NCBI RefSeq assembly: GCF_006345805.1
Contig: NC_043010.1
Span: 24,304,001 to 24,368,000, forward strand
Reading direction: 5' to 3'
Source of the DNA: Octopus sinensis
Lineage: Eukaryota
DNA length: 64,000 nucleotides
The notes under the pieces were generated by a model. That model worked only from the letters and a program-made list of their open reading frames with translations. It ran no database searches and had not been told where the DNA came from. Below, piece by piece: positions 11,189 to 24,702 of this stretch. Position numbers and translations under genes: made by a program. Each line of letters starts with the position of its first letter. The stretch's first letter is position 1.

Positions 11189-13985
11189 GATCTAGTTTCA
11201 GCTTATGAGCAGTAGTCATGCTGAGGCACCACCATTTGGTGTAGCTACATGATTTTACTTCACTAATTTCTTTTAGAAATTGACATTTGTTTTCTTTATT
11301 ACCCACTAGGGGCAACAATTAGAAATTGACATTTGGTGCATGAAAGACTTTGATGCGGCTGCCTTTATCTGCACTTCCTACTGTGAAGTTGGTTCATCTG
11401 GGACACTTGACAGTAAGAGGTCCAGTTTCGTTTTAAAATTTCTTACGTTCATCCCATGCAGGTCTCTCAAATCCTTCGCGACGATATTGAAAAGCTGTGA
11501 TCCCCTAATGCCCAGGCTGTTGCAGTATCTTGTCCTCTATCTTAATGGCAAATTTGGTGTCCTTAGCACAATGCAGTGGCACCCTGTTCTAGTATTAGTG
11601 TAACTCTCGATACCAAAGTTTGGGACAAGTCCCTCCAGGATCTTACAGATGTATATTATGGCATATCTTTCTCGCCTACGCTCTAAGAAATAGAGTCTTA
11701 ATCTCGTGGGTTTTCCCCAGTAACTTATAAGCTACATAGAGGCTATCTTCTTGTAGCGACGTTGGATTGCCTCATGTTCTGCAATTAATTTGACACTGAT
11801 TTGTGACAATAGCTGGGAGCAATAGTCAATGTGGCTTAGGACAAGTGTCCTCCAGAGGACCATCAGAGTTTCCCGATCCCTTGTTCTAAAAGTTCTAAGA
11901 ATCCATCCAGTCAGCCGCTTGCATTTCATTTCCAGCTTAGCAACACGCACATAGAAGGATGCATCATTACTCATGTAAATGCCCAGGTTTCGCACTGACT
12001 GTATCTCCAGGTCCAGTGTATTTAATTGGTAATACATTTAATTTTGCATGCTGATAGCCAAAGGCTTGAACCTTTTCAGCATTAAACTACATGCTATTCT
12101 TATCAGGTCACTTGCATATTTCATACAAGTCAGATTGCAGGTGTATAGTGTCTTCAAGGTTATGTATCACCTGTGAAACTTTTGGAACATCTGCGTAATT
12201 TGTGATCGGGATATATCACTTTCACATTTGATTGGTTGAGCAGCTGTTTCAACACCCAGTCATAATGTTGTAAGAGTTGAGCCAAGCAGCTTCTTCCTGG
12301 TCGGAAACCATGTTGGATGTTAGTCATTTTACTCAAGGAAGGTGACCAATTTTCTTCTGATATTCATTCCATGACTTTGCTGATGTGTGAGGTCAGAGAG
12401 ATAGGTCTGTAGTTTTTGGCCTCTGCTTTGCTACCTCCTTAATGAATAGGGAATATCTTACCCTCCTCCAGCTTGCTTGGAAATTTTGCAGTTGCAAGTA
12501 GGCTTTGAAAGAGGAACTCAGTGGTTTTGCTAGGACTCGCTTACATGCTTTTAGAAGGATTGTTGGGAATCCATCAGTATCTGAGCTCGGGTTCATTTCA
12601 TCTAGATCCCTTATTACATCGTCTTTTTTATATTGATATAATCAATCATCACTGCCTCTGTTTTTATATCTGCAGCAGTAAAAATGTCAGCGGGATTGCT
12701 GACCTGCAAGTGTCTTAGTTGTGGAGTGAAAACACCTTTGAATTGTTCATTTAGTGTTTTACTTATCCTCATTGGGTTTCTTGTGAGTGAACCATATTTT
12801 TTGAGGAGTGGACCTATCCTGCGCTGCACTGAGGTTGTTTCTTTGGTAAAGTTGTAGAAGGTTCTGGGGTTAGATTTTATATTGTCTATAGTCCAGGCTT
12901 TTTTCTACTCTTTCTTTTTCATGAGAGAGTTGCAGATTATTTTTCAATCTCCAGCAGTTGTATTTTCGGGCTGGACTTTTCACTGCTTTCAGTTTGTTTG
13001 TTTAAGCGATTTTAATATTTTGTACGCTGTCTCATAAGAATTTTCCTCATCCTAGGGATTTTGTTCTTGTGTACAGTAGCCTTTCTCCCTGGGACACATT
13101 TGTAGCTTGCATTACAGACATGAATTATTGAAGTTTCATGTCGATGTCCGGTGAGGAGAAACATTTAGACCAGTTTTGTTTGAGGATCTCTTTCTCTATT
13201 TGTTTCCAGTTTGCTTTATGGAAGTGCAATCTGGAAAGATTTTGAGAATTTCTTGTGCGCTGCATGTCCATGGTTTCCTTTGGCCCGTCCATGATCAGCT
13301 CTATCATGTTGTGATCAGAGAGTAGCGTCGGTGTCACTTTCACATTATGGATGAGATCCATATTATTTGTGAAGCAGAGATCCAGTATACTATCTGCCCT
13401 GGTTGGTTGGAGTACTATTTGTTCTATGTACAAAGTGATGAGGTTCAGGAGGGACTTCACTTGTCCTTGTACGCATCACGCTATTCATGTGAGAGAAAGG
13501 CCCTCAGGCCATCCGATATTGGGCAGGTGAAGTCTCCCATAACAAGTACACTTATGTGTTGTTCTAATGTGACTAGAACTTCTTTTTTTGTAAGGCAGTC
13601 TTCAAACTTGTCTGCATGATTTGGAGCATATGGAGGGGCGATATGTAGTACATATAATTACACCGAGTTGTCTTTATTAGTGTGTCACATACTGAATTTG
13701 AGTGTGACAAAAGGGCCTGGGGTTTGAGGTCATCGCTGATATACACGGCAATTCCATCATGACTCCTTTCTTTTCTGTCAGTCTGTAATACAACATACTG
13801 TGGTATGTGTATTTCTGCATTTATTATATCTGGTTTCAGGTGTGTTTCCGTAAGAGCTATGCATAAGGCGTGATTGCAAGCAACAAGGTCTCTCAGGAAA
13901 GGAATATTTGTCCTGTTACTAAGTGTTAACAATTCTCTGATGCTCAGTAAGAGCACCGATGTGATGTCTGTGATGTTACCATGCT
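11189..13985 (-). mobile_element. CR1-type LINE, copy 1 (decayed ORF2: APE endonuclease plus RT, RT core partly deleted)
   Basis: IALTETHLKPDI, DSILDLCFTNN, DGFPTILLKAC, GWILRTFRTRD..LWRTLVLSHIDYCSQL; 3'UTR ends ggtggtgcctcagcatg..gctgaaactag. Confidence 0.9.
11290..11318 (-). mobile_element. 29-bp retroposed 3'-terminal hairpin with 17-bp TSD
   Basis: ttagaaattgacatttg at 11273-11289 and 11319-11335; insert on the minus strand reads ttgttgcccctagtgggtaataaagaaaa, like the SINE B tail. Confidence 0.7.
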
Positions 13986-14034
13986 CTCCATACATGTAAA
14001 TGTATGTATATATATACATACATGTATATGTATG

Positions 14035-14081
<47 letters not shown>

Positions 14082-14831
14082 ATATGCACATATGTATGCA
14101 ACAGTCTTATGTACTTCTCTCGCTTTCAGTCTCTGATATTGAAGCTTCAGGGATATTCGGTGAATGGCCTACAAGATGTTCTCTTGAATTGAATTGCACT
14201 ATATTATTTATGTTTACTCTCTTCTTTATATGAATATAAACAATTTTTTTCTTCTATACACGAATTTCTTCCAGTGAAATAGCCGATGAAACCGATTAAA
14301 TACAACAACATGACTTGAATCGTTCCCTACAAATATTAAACTGAACAACAATCGCATTCACAAATGACATGACGACAACCATGGATACAGCCTAAAGAAA
14401 CATTTGAAAAACAGTCTAAAAATTTTATAGTGCTGTGCACCATTGGGCAATGTCGCCTCAGTTCAGATGACACCATTCCAAAATCTTGAAAAAAACACAA
14501 TGAGTACGATGATCATAATGTTGCGAATGGTTTCTCTCGGTGTAACTTATTCAATTTAAATAAACATAATACTCTACTTTAGTTCATGGATTAAATCCTT
14601 CTTTATATTGATGTAATCAATATCTGCAGCAAACTAACAATTAAATGCACTCGCAAATACATGCAAGTACACAGTTAAACACACAAGCACACAAACACAC
14701 AAACAGACATTACATAAACATAAGGCGTGCATACATATTCATAAATACATATGTACATACTTCTAACCATAATATATATAGAGAGCGAGAGAGAGAGAGA
14801 GATACATAGAGACAGACAGACAGAGATGCAA

Positions 14832-14862
<31 letters not shown>

Positions 14863-14912
14863 CGTGTCACTCATATATGTATGCTTGTATATTCACACAC
14901 ACACACACACAC

Positions 14913-15008
<96 letters not shown>

Positions 15009-15296
15009 GTCAATGTTTATACTTAAATATTTATATTCGTGTATTGTGTGTGAATGTTCCTATAAGGGCGAGACTTTCTGTTGTTCGTAAACGTTGCATT
15101 CTCGTCACGAATGTTGTTGGCAATATGAACTTTGCAACACGATTCAGCTTAGGCTATTAGCCTCGATGTACAGCAAATACATATCTCCTTCTTCTTTTTG
15201 TATCTATTGTATATCCATCGTATATCACAATTACATATTAGTTATTGGTCGTGCTTTCGTTGGTTTGCTGTTGTTCCTGTTGTCCTCAAAATATTT

Positions 15297-15772
15297 ATTT
15301 CTTTGTTGCCCATAAGGGGCTAAATATAGAGGGAACAAACAAGGACAGACAAAGGGATGAAGTCGATTACATCGACCCCAGTGCGTAACTGGTACTTATT
15401 TAAATCGAGCCCGAAAGGATGAAAGGCAAAGTCGAACTCGGTAGAATTTGAACTCAGAACGTAACGGCAGACAAAATACCGCTACGCATTTCGCGCGGCG
15501 TGCAAACGATTCTGCCAGCTCGCCACCCTAATAATTTTCTATATAATAGTGAATATACTTTTCTACTCTAAGCACAAGGGCCGAAATTTTGGGAGAGAGG
15601 GCCAGTCGATTAGATCGACCCCATTACGTAACTGGTACTTAATTCATCGATCCCTGAAAGGCTGAAAGGCAAAGTCGACCTCGGTGGAACTTGAACTCAG
15701 AACGTAACGATGGACGAAATACCGCTATGCATTATGCCCGGTGTGCTAACGTTTCTGCCAGCTCGCCGCCTT
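15297..15772 (-). mobile_element. Two tandem SINE family B copies (15297-15528, 15558-15772) with different tails
   Basis: Both carry aaggcaaagtcga..gaactcagaacgtaacg..ctgccagctcgcc. Confidence 0.9.
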
Positions 15773-16119
15773 AGTATATTCTAAAAGAACTGATTGCGTT
15801 GAGTTTTACTTAATCATTGATCAGTTTTAAAGAGTATTTATTCCATGGACAAGCTTGCTAGTGCCATTCCATTTACGTAATGTATGTATGTATGTATGTA
15901 TGTATGTATGTATGTACGTATGTATGTATGTATGTATTATGTATGTATAGATACATGAACAGATACTTAGATACATAGATAGATAGATTGATAAATATGT
16001 GCGTGTGAGTATGCATGTGTGTGCGCGTGTGTGTGTATGTGTCTGTGTATGTATTTATGCATGTATATATGTCGGAATATTGAATTATATATATAATACC
16101 TCGATATTTTTGCCTATAC

Positions 16120-16161
<42 letters not shown>

Positions 16162-16374
16162 ATAGTTATCGCCATACTAATATGGCATTCTTATAAAAAT
16201 AAGAAAAAAAGCTGTCCGCTTATTAGCTCCATGAGGCCATCGCCTTAAGTTAGCTATTTGATACACAAACTGTATCCATATAACCTTCGAACATATTAGT
16301 ATGGCGATAACTATTATTTTCCGGGAACGCTGCCGCTGTTCTCTTTTAGAGAGACTTAGTTATTTTAATATTTC

Positions 16375-16432
<58 letters not shown>

Positions 16433-16435
<3 letters not shown>

Positions 16436-16573
16436 TGCAGGAGTGCCTCTGTGATAAGTAGCTTGCTTCCCACCCACATGGCTCCGCATTCAGTCTCACT
16501 GCATGGCAGTGTGGACAGGTGTTTTCTACTATAGCCTCGAGCCGACCAAAGCTGATGTGTGTGTGTGTGTGTT

Positions 16574-16612
<39 letters not shown>

Positions 16613-16806
16613 TTGTCACCCCTTGACAACCGATGTGAGTGTACTAACATCCCCGTAACTTAGCGGTTCGGCAAAAGACCCAAAAGAATAAGTGCTAGGC
16701 TTTCAAATAATAAGTCCTGCGATCGATTTCTTCGACTAAAGGCGGTGTTCCAGGATGGCTGCAGTCAAATGACCGACACAGATAAAACAATAAAACAATA
16801 AAAGAA
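16433..16806 (+). mobile_element. SINE family A (head, internal (GT)n, CR1-like tail)
   Basis: gtgcaggagtg..gttttctactatagcctcgagccgacc..cgtaacttagcggttcggc..aaggcggtgttccaggatggctgcagtcaaatgac. Confidence 0.85.
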
Positions 16807-16871
16807 TATATATATATCTTTATATGTAAGCACATATGTATATATGCATATACTTACCTGTACATATATAT

Positions 16872-16971
<100 letters not shown>

Positions 16972-16973
16972 TT

Positions 16974-17384
16974 CTTTCTTTCTTTCTTTTACTTGTTTCA
17001 GTCATTTTGACTGCGGCCATGCTGGAGCACCGCCTTTTAGTCGAGCAACTCGACCCCGGGACTCATTCTTTTTGTAAGCCCAGTACTTATTCTATCGGTC
17101 TCTTTTTGCCGAACCGCTAAGTGACGGGGACGTAAACACACCAGCATCGGTTGTCAAGCAATGCTAGGGGAACAAACACAGACACACAAACACACACACA
17201 TACATATATATACATATATACGACAGGCTTCTTTCAGTTTCCGTCTACCAAATCCACTCACAAGGCATTGGTCGGCCCGGGGCTATAGCAGAAGACACTT
17301 GCCCAAGGTGCCACGCAGTGGGACTGAACCCGGAACCATGTGGTTGGTTAGCAAGCTACTTACCACACAGCCACCCCTGCGCCT
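16974..17384 (-). mobile_element. SINE family A, full length
   Basis: Reverse complement of the 16433 copy; intact head ggcgcaggggtggctgtgtggtaag..gggttcagtccc. Confidence 0.9.
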
Positions 17385-17872
17385 ATATATGTATATATGT
17401 ATGTATGTATATACATACATGTACATAAGTATGTACACACGTATATATATAGACATACACATAAATATATATATGTATACATATATCGTATTATATCATA
17501 TTATATCATATTATGTTACATTATATTATATAATGAATAAAAGCCGTTTGATCAGATAATTGAACATAAGCTCATAGCTGCTGACCTTGAATCTATTATT
17601 GTTATTTAACCTTCTCGTTTGTTTCATTTTTTATTTCTGTTATTTTCGGGTGCATAAACGCAGAGGGGATCATGGAAATTCCAAAGAAATTGTTATTCTT
17701 CATTCCACAACTATATTAAATGTGAGAAATAGTATGAAGACATTTAATGAAAAAATATCAATACCAACATGGCGTGTTAAATATTCCGCACAGAAAGATA
17801 TTTTACAACTCTCAATCAGTAAACAAAGTTAACAACTCCACATAGCCTCACTCCATATATAGTGTGTATATG

Positions 17873-17925
<53 letters not shown>

Positions 17926-18012
17926 ATGTATATATAGATAGATACATACATACATACATACATGGATGAATACATATTTGTGCGTGTGTGTATCTATATA
18001 CATATATATATA

Positions 18013-21000
18013 TTTTTTTTTTCTAGTTTCAGCTCAGAGCTGCGGCCATGCTGATGCACCGCCGTTTTGTGCTACACATTTATTGCGACGAACCTCGTCT
18101 AATATGTGGCACTTGGTGAATAATGGAGTTTGATACAGCTACTCTCATTTGCACCTCTTGCCGTGAGGTAGGTTCATCTGGGACTCTTGACAGGAAGATG
18201 TCCAGCTTTGATTTAAAAACTGCTACATCTACTTTGTGCAGGTTCCTCAGACTCTTTGGGAGAATATTAAAAAGCTGTGGGCCCTTGAAACCCAGGCTGT
18301 TGCAGAAGCTGGTCCTGAAGAGTGATGGCATTGCTGGGATCTTTGGCACTATGCAGTGCCGTCCCGTTCTAGCATTGGTGTAGTTTACAATGCCAAAATT
18401 TGGCACAATTCCTTCCAGGATCTTCCAGACATATATTACTGCATACCTCTCCCGTCTTCTCTCCAGGGAGTAGAGTCTTAGCTGTTTCAACCTTTCCCAG
18501 TAGCTGAGCTGTTGCAAAGAGACGATCTTCTTTGTGAATCTTCTCTGGATTGCTTCAAGGTCCGCTGTTAATTTTACACTGGTGGGTGACCATAGATGTG
18601 AGCAGTAATCCAGGCGACTGAGGACGAATGTCCGCCAGAGGACCATCATGGTTTCCTTATCTCTGGTTCTGAATGTTCTTAGGATCCACCCAGCCAGTCG
18701 TTTGAACTTTGTCGCCATCCTGGTAATGTGCACTTGGAAAGAGGTATCATCACTCATGTCGATACCCAGGTCCCTCACAGATTTATGCTCTGGGATTGAA
18801 ATTCCATGTGGACCGGTGTATCCTGTAAGTTTAATATTCAGTTTTGGATGCTGGTAGCGCAGGGCCTGGAATTTTTCAGCATTAAACTGCATATTATTAT
18901 CCTCAGCCCATCTGTAGATTGAGTCCAACTCCTGCTGCAGGTGTGCAACATCGCTGGGGTTCTGTATTTTCTGCGAGACTTTCGTATCGTCTGCTTAGCT
19001 GGCCAGAGTGGCTATCCGGGCATTTGAGGGCATATCTGAGAGGGCCACTATAAAAAGCAGTGGTCCCAAGACAGTGCCCTGTGGAACACCGCTCACTATT
19101 CGTGTGTTCATAGAGGTGGCTCCATTAACCACTACTACCTGACTCCTATCTTTCAGGATGTCATGCAACCACACTCCAAGTTTTCCAGCTATGCCGAGGT
19201 CACGTAGTTTGTGGCATATCATACCATGATCCACCTTGTCAAAAGCTTTTGCAAAATCAAGGTAGATTACGTCCACATTTGTTTTGTTGAGTAACTGCCT
19301 CAACACCCAGTCATAATGCTGTAAGAGCTGGGTCAGGCAGCTCCTACCTGGTAGAAAATCATGCTGGGTATTACTCAGCAAGTTATTTTCCTCAAGGAAT
19401 GCGATTAGTTTCTTTCTGACTATCCGTTCCATGACTTTGCTGATGTGTGAAGTCAGAGAGATAGGCCTATAGTTTTTGGCATCTGCTCTACTTCCCCCTC
19501 TATGTATTGGGCATATTATTCCCTCCTTCAGCTTGCTTGGCAGTTTGCCATTCGCAAGAAAGCTCTGAAAGAGAATCTTGAGGGGTTTTACAGGGCATGC
19601 TTACACGCTTTGAGGAGGATGGCTGGGAAACCGTCTAGACCAGCAGCTGAGTTTGTGTCCACTTCATCTATGGCTAGTAGGACATCTTTTTCGCTAATGT
19701 CAATACATTCTATTGTAACCGCCTCGCTGGTTATAGGTGAGGCGGCAAAGAAGTCCACTGGTTCGTTCACTTGTCTGTGTTCCAACGGGGTGGTAAAGAC
19801 ACTTTTGAACTGGTCATTCAGCATCTCACTGATCATAGTTGGGCTGTCTGTGAGGGAGCCATCCTTTTGGAGGAGGGGTCCTATCTTGTAGTGCACTGAG
19901 ACTGTTTCTTTCGCGTAATGAAAGAAGGCCTTTGGATTTGATTTAATGTTTTTTATAACCCAGGCTTCTTTGTCTGCTTTCTCCTTCACATGAGGATCTT
20001 CCTGTCTCTTGGAATCTTGCTCCTATTTGTTTTGGCCTTGTGCTCTGGGACATATTTCTAGCATACGGCTTGTACAGAAGACATGAAACATTCTAGTTTC
20101 ATGTCAATGTCTGGTGTGGAGAGACATTCCGGCCAGTCCTCTCTGAGGATTTCTTTTTGGATCGATTTCCAATCTGCTTTGTGGAAGTTCAGATTAGAGA
20201 GATTTCGGGTGCTTCCTTTAAGCTGTATGTCTCTGGTTGCTTTCGGCCCAAACATAGACAGCTCTATTATGTTGTGATCCGAAACTGATGTCGGTGTCAC
20301 TTTCACATCATGAATGATGTCCACATTGTTCGTGAAGCAGAGATCCAGAATGTTATTCGCCCTAGTTGGCTTGAGTACAACTTGCTCCATGAATAAGGCA
20401 TTGGTGAGGTTGAGCAGGGACTCCACCTGTACTTGCTTTCAATGATTCATTCCTGAGAGTATGTGACCTTCGGGCCATTTGACGTTGGGGAAGTTGAAAT
20501 CACCCATAAGAAATATGGTCACGTGGTGTTCCAGATTCATGAGGATTTCTTTAATTCTTGTGAGGCAATCTTCAAACTTGCCTATGTGATTTGGGGCATC
20601 CGGTGGGCAATATGTATTGCATATGACTATATTATGTTGTCTTATGTATGCAATTAAGGTGTCACATACCGAATTTGAGTATGTCATCAAGACCTGGGGT
20701 GTGAGGTCATCTCGGATGTATACAGCAACTCCACCATGGCTCCGTTCCCTTCTGTCTGTTCGCAGTATGGCATAGTTTGGTATGTGCACTTCTGCGTCCT
20801 CTATATCAAGGTTGAGGTGAGTTTCCACAAGTGCTATGCATAGGGCTTGATTGCATGCAGTAAGATCTCTCAGGAAAGAAATTTCGTTTCTATTTTGATG
20901 CAACAGGGCCCCAATATTTAGTAAAAGTATTGGGGTGACGGCTGTGCAGGCGTTAGGGAGGCCATCCCGTGTCTGTTGACTGCGGTGGTCTTGCATAGTG

Positions 21001-21600
21001 GTGGACAGGGTTCCTTCTCTGAGCTTGGTGTAGCAAGGTTAGCTGCCGGACAATTCTTTCCGCCATGCATAAAAAAGACTCTTGCTTAGCTGCTGCGTTG
21101 CGCAGAACATCTGAGGAGCGCACTTCGTTTTTGAAAGTTTTCCTGGGAGACATTTCTTGTGTTCCCTCGGTAAAGTTTTTCTCTTTGAGTCCCCTGAAGT
21201 TCTGGCGGGGTGTCGGGTGGGCGAACCGGCAGTTTTTGCCGTCCTCACCATGCCAACATTTGCCTCGCAGGTAGAACTTACAGGTTCTTCGGTGCCTTCC
21301 AGATTTCTTTTTCCTGAAGTGTACTGGGTGGCATTGGATCCTCCATGGGGTTCTCTGCTGTTTGTGTGGTGGGTTGGGGTTTCAGCTTTGGTTGTTTTGC
21401 CTTTTCCCTCCTTATTTTTGTTTTCGGTCCTTCCTTTTTTCTTCTGTTTTTCTAATTTTTCTAATTTTTCATTTCTTCGTAGGACCACTAGTACATAGGG
21501 GGCTTCCGGTTTCTGCTCCCTTGGCTCCCCTATCCTTCACTACTTGGTGGTTCACCGGGGTAGATGATCCATTTTCCTGAGGAACCCCTGGATCACAGAT
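18013..21600 (-). mobile_element. CR1-type LINE, copy 2 (about 3.6 kb; ORF1 remnant, disrupted APE-RT ORF2, 3'UTR, poly-A)
   Basis: IALVETHL, MGDFNFP, LDLCFTNN, GRSCLTQLL, VIYLDFAKAFDKVDH, SGVPQGTVLGPLLF, RLDYCSHLWSP, LYSLERRRERY; stop at 18080; A10 tail at 18013-18022. Confidence 0.93.
21214..21282 (-). other. CCCH zinc finger in the CR1 ORF1 remnant
   Basis: A frame not shown in the ORF track reads CKFYLRGKCWHGEDGKNCRFAHP. Confidence 0.65.
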
Positions 21601-21840
21601 ATATATATATATTATATGCATATGCATACATATATATATACATGCATTCATACATATAAATATATATATATATATATATTTATATATATGCATATAAATA
21701 CATATATATAGATAGATAGAGAGGTAAGTAGGTAGGTAGGTAGGTAGGTAGATAGATACATACATACATACATATATGCGTATATATATGTGCGTGTGTG
21801 AATATGTATAAATATATATATATATGTGTATATATGTATG

Positions 21841-21892
<52 letters not shown>

Positions 21893-22388
21893 TATTTTTT
21901 GCGTAATGAGATAAAAAAAACCGAGGCTGTATAGATATTAGAGCATTTATAGCTGTTTACAGCTGTTTCTAGGATATTAATTAATAATATCCCTTAATCG
22001 GAGACGGTGTGAGATGAAAAGTTAAGACAGTTATTTTCGATGTGATACAAATAGAGAGTGATGTGGAGGAAAGAAAATAGATGAAAGATATGTATGTGTA
22101 TTGAGTTTGTAAATCCGTTTTATAGGCATAATGGTATATATGTGTAATATTCCAATATCCTTTGAATAAGATCCAAAAGCCCAACAGAGTTTAATATGAG
22201 TCCTACCAGATGTAGAGTTTATAAACAATGTAAGAGAACCTTATATTGCTTATAAACTTTACTTTATCTAAGAAAGATAGATAAATAGTTTCTCTCGTAA
22301 TTAAGAGAAACCACTTCTTTCGGAACACGAAGAACAGGAGCTTATTTTTGTTATGAAATATCCAGTCTTTCGACAAATATGGACTATT

Positions 22389-22830
22389 ATAAAGCGGCGA
22401 GCTTGGAAGAAACGTTAGCACGCCGGGCGAAATGCTTAGCGGTATTTCGTCTGCCGTTACGTCCTGAGTTCAAATGCCGCCGAGGTCGACTTTGCCTTTC
22501 ATCCTTTCAGGGTCGATAAATTAAGTAACATTTGCGTACGGGGGTCGATCTAATCGACTGGTCCTCCTCCCCACAACTTTCGGGACTTGTGCCCCGAGTA
22601 GAAAAGAATATTTAAGGCGACGAGCCGGCAGAAACGTTAGCACACTGGGTGAAATGCTTAGTTGTATTTCGTCTGCTGCTATGTTCTGAGTTCAAATGCC
22701 GCTGAGGTCGACTTTGCCTTTCATCCTTTAAGGTTCGATAAATTAAGTACCATTTGTGTACTGGGGTAGATCTAATCGACTGGTCCCCTCCCTAAAAATT
22801 TTGGGCCTTGTGCGTAGAGTAGAAAAGAAT
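22389..22830 (+). mobile_element. SINE family B dimer flanked by one TSD
   Basis: Copies at about 22392-22611 and 22615-22830; aatat(g/a)gactatt at 22376-22388 and 22828-22840. Confidence 0.85.
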
Positions 22831-22959
22831 ATAGACTATTTTGCGTAAGATCAGTGATTATTGGGATAAAGAGTAAATTTGCGTATGAAGAATAGTGTCA
22901 GTATTTTTCTCCCTCCTAAGTGTAAGGGTATGGATTGTTCTAACATTGCATCCCTTAGC

Positions 22960-23016
<57 letters not shown>

Positions 23017-23374
23017 TGAGTGTGTATTACTGTGTATACAAACATACGTGTTCTTGTTGTTGACGGGCAGCATTCGATGTCTTGTAACCAAATGGGACTT
23101 TAGTCTAATATTTAGATGCTATCATTTGTAACTGTATTTGCTTCGAGATTCATCGTTCCTCCAAAAAAAGGACATATAATATGTGTGTGAGCATGAGCTA
23201 CCGTGAGTGTGCGTGTCTGAAAGTATGTATGTATGTGAATGTATGCATGTGTATGTATGTATGTATGTATGTATGCATCCATTTATGTATGTATGCATAC
23301 ATTTATGTATGTATGTATATATGTATGCATGCATTCATACATATACAATTCAGAATTGCTTTCCCTCTCAGTAT

Positions 23375-23422
23375 TCGATACTGATGAGGAGATAATTACT
23401 TCGAAATGCATGCATCCATCGA
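23375..23422 (+). ncRNA. Minimal type I hammerhead ribozyme candidate with intact catalytic core
   Basis: tcgata-CTGATGA-GGAG ataatta CTTC-GAAA-TGCATGCA-TC-catcga; palindromic stem III; AUC cleavage triplet. Confidence 0.6.
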
Positions 23423-23703
23423 TATGGGTCTTTTTATATAACGAGACTTAGCAAGTTATCCAATAGGCATCGATCAAATCGATAAAATACGTACCGGACT
23501 GAGATGGGGTTGATAAGAATTCTCTGCAACACCTTCAAGGAGGAGGGGTTTCCTTCTCATTGCCGCAAACCAGTGAATGAAACTAATGAACTATTAAATG
23601 AGTATGAACAAAAACGACTACATCACTTCAGTATAATGTTTGCCGTTTATGAACACACGCACACACACACATCCATCCATTCATACATACGTACATACAT
23701 ATA

Positions 23704-23744
<41 letters not shown>

Positions 23745-24111
23745 GGCAGTTTGTCTGTGCGTGTTTCTGTGTGTCTGTTTGCTTGTACCCTCACCCTGAC
23801 CACGGCTTTCAACCGATTCTGATGAAACTTGACACACACATAGCCCAATGTCATAATTCAAAACTAACGCAGCGAAAATTTTGAAAAGTTCCCCCAGTTC
23901 TGAAAAAGAACGATAAATTCGACATGGGGTCGAGAATCAGGAATACGAACCACAAACTGTCTAGGGGACGCAACTCCACCTTTTTTAAATCTCAAAAAAA
24001 GATTTACCATCATTTTTTTCCATTTTTTTGCTATTTTCTGGCTATAACTCTCTAAAAATGCTATATAGTTATTTCCCTTACAAACCTGAGCAACGCCGGG
24101 CGATACTGCTA

Positions 24112-24112
<1 letters not shown>
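23704..24112 (+). mobile_element. Non-autonomous Helitron
   Basis: 5' TC(TA)n aaacggcag; 3' hairpin cctgagcaacgccggg about 8 nt before CTAG; inserted between A and T. Confidence 0.75.
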
Positions 24113-24164
<52 letters not shown>

Positions 24165-24165
24165 A

Positions 24166-24249
<84 letters not shown>

Positions 24250-24555
24250 CATACATACGTACATACATGCATACATACATACATACATACATACATACAT
24301 ACATACATACATACATACATAGAGAGAGAGAGTTTGTGATGCAGATAAACACAATTAGGCTTGACTCATACATGCAAACTCACAAACACACACACATACA
24401 TACATACATTCATACATGCACACGTACGTACATACATACACACATATATATGTGTGCGTGTCTGAATGTGTGTTTGTATACTAATATATTTACATAGACA
24501 AATAAAAACACACAATACTAAAAAGAGAATAAATAATTACTTAGTTCGACAGCTG

Positions 24556-24609
<54 letters not shown>

Positions 24610-24666
24610 ATATATATACACACATATATATACATATATATATATATATACACACATATATATACA

Positions 24667-24702
<36 letters not shown>

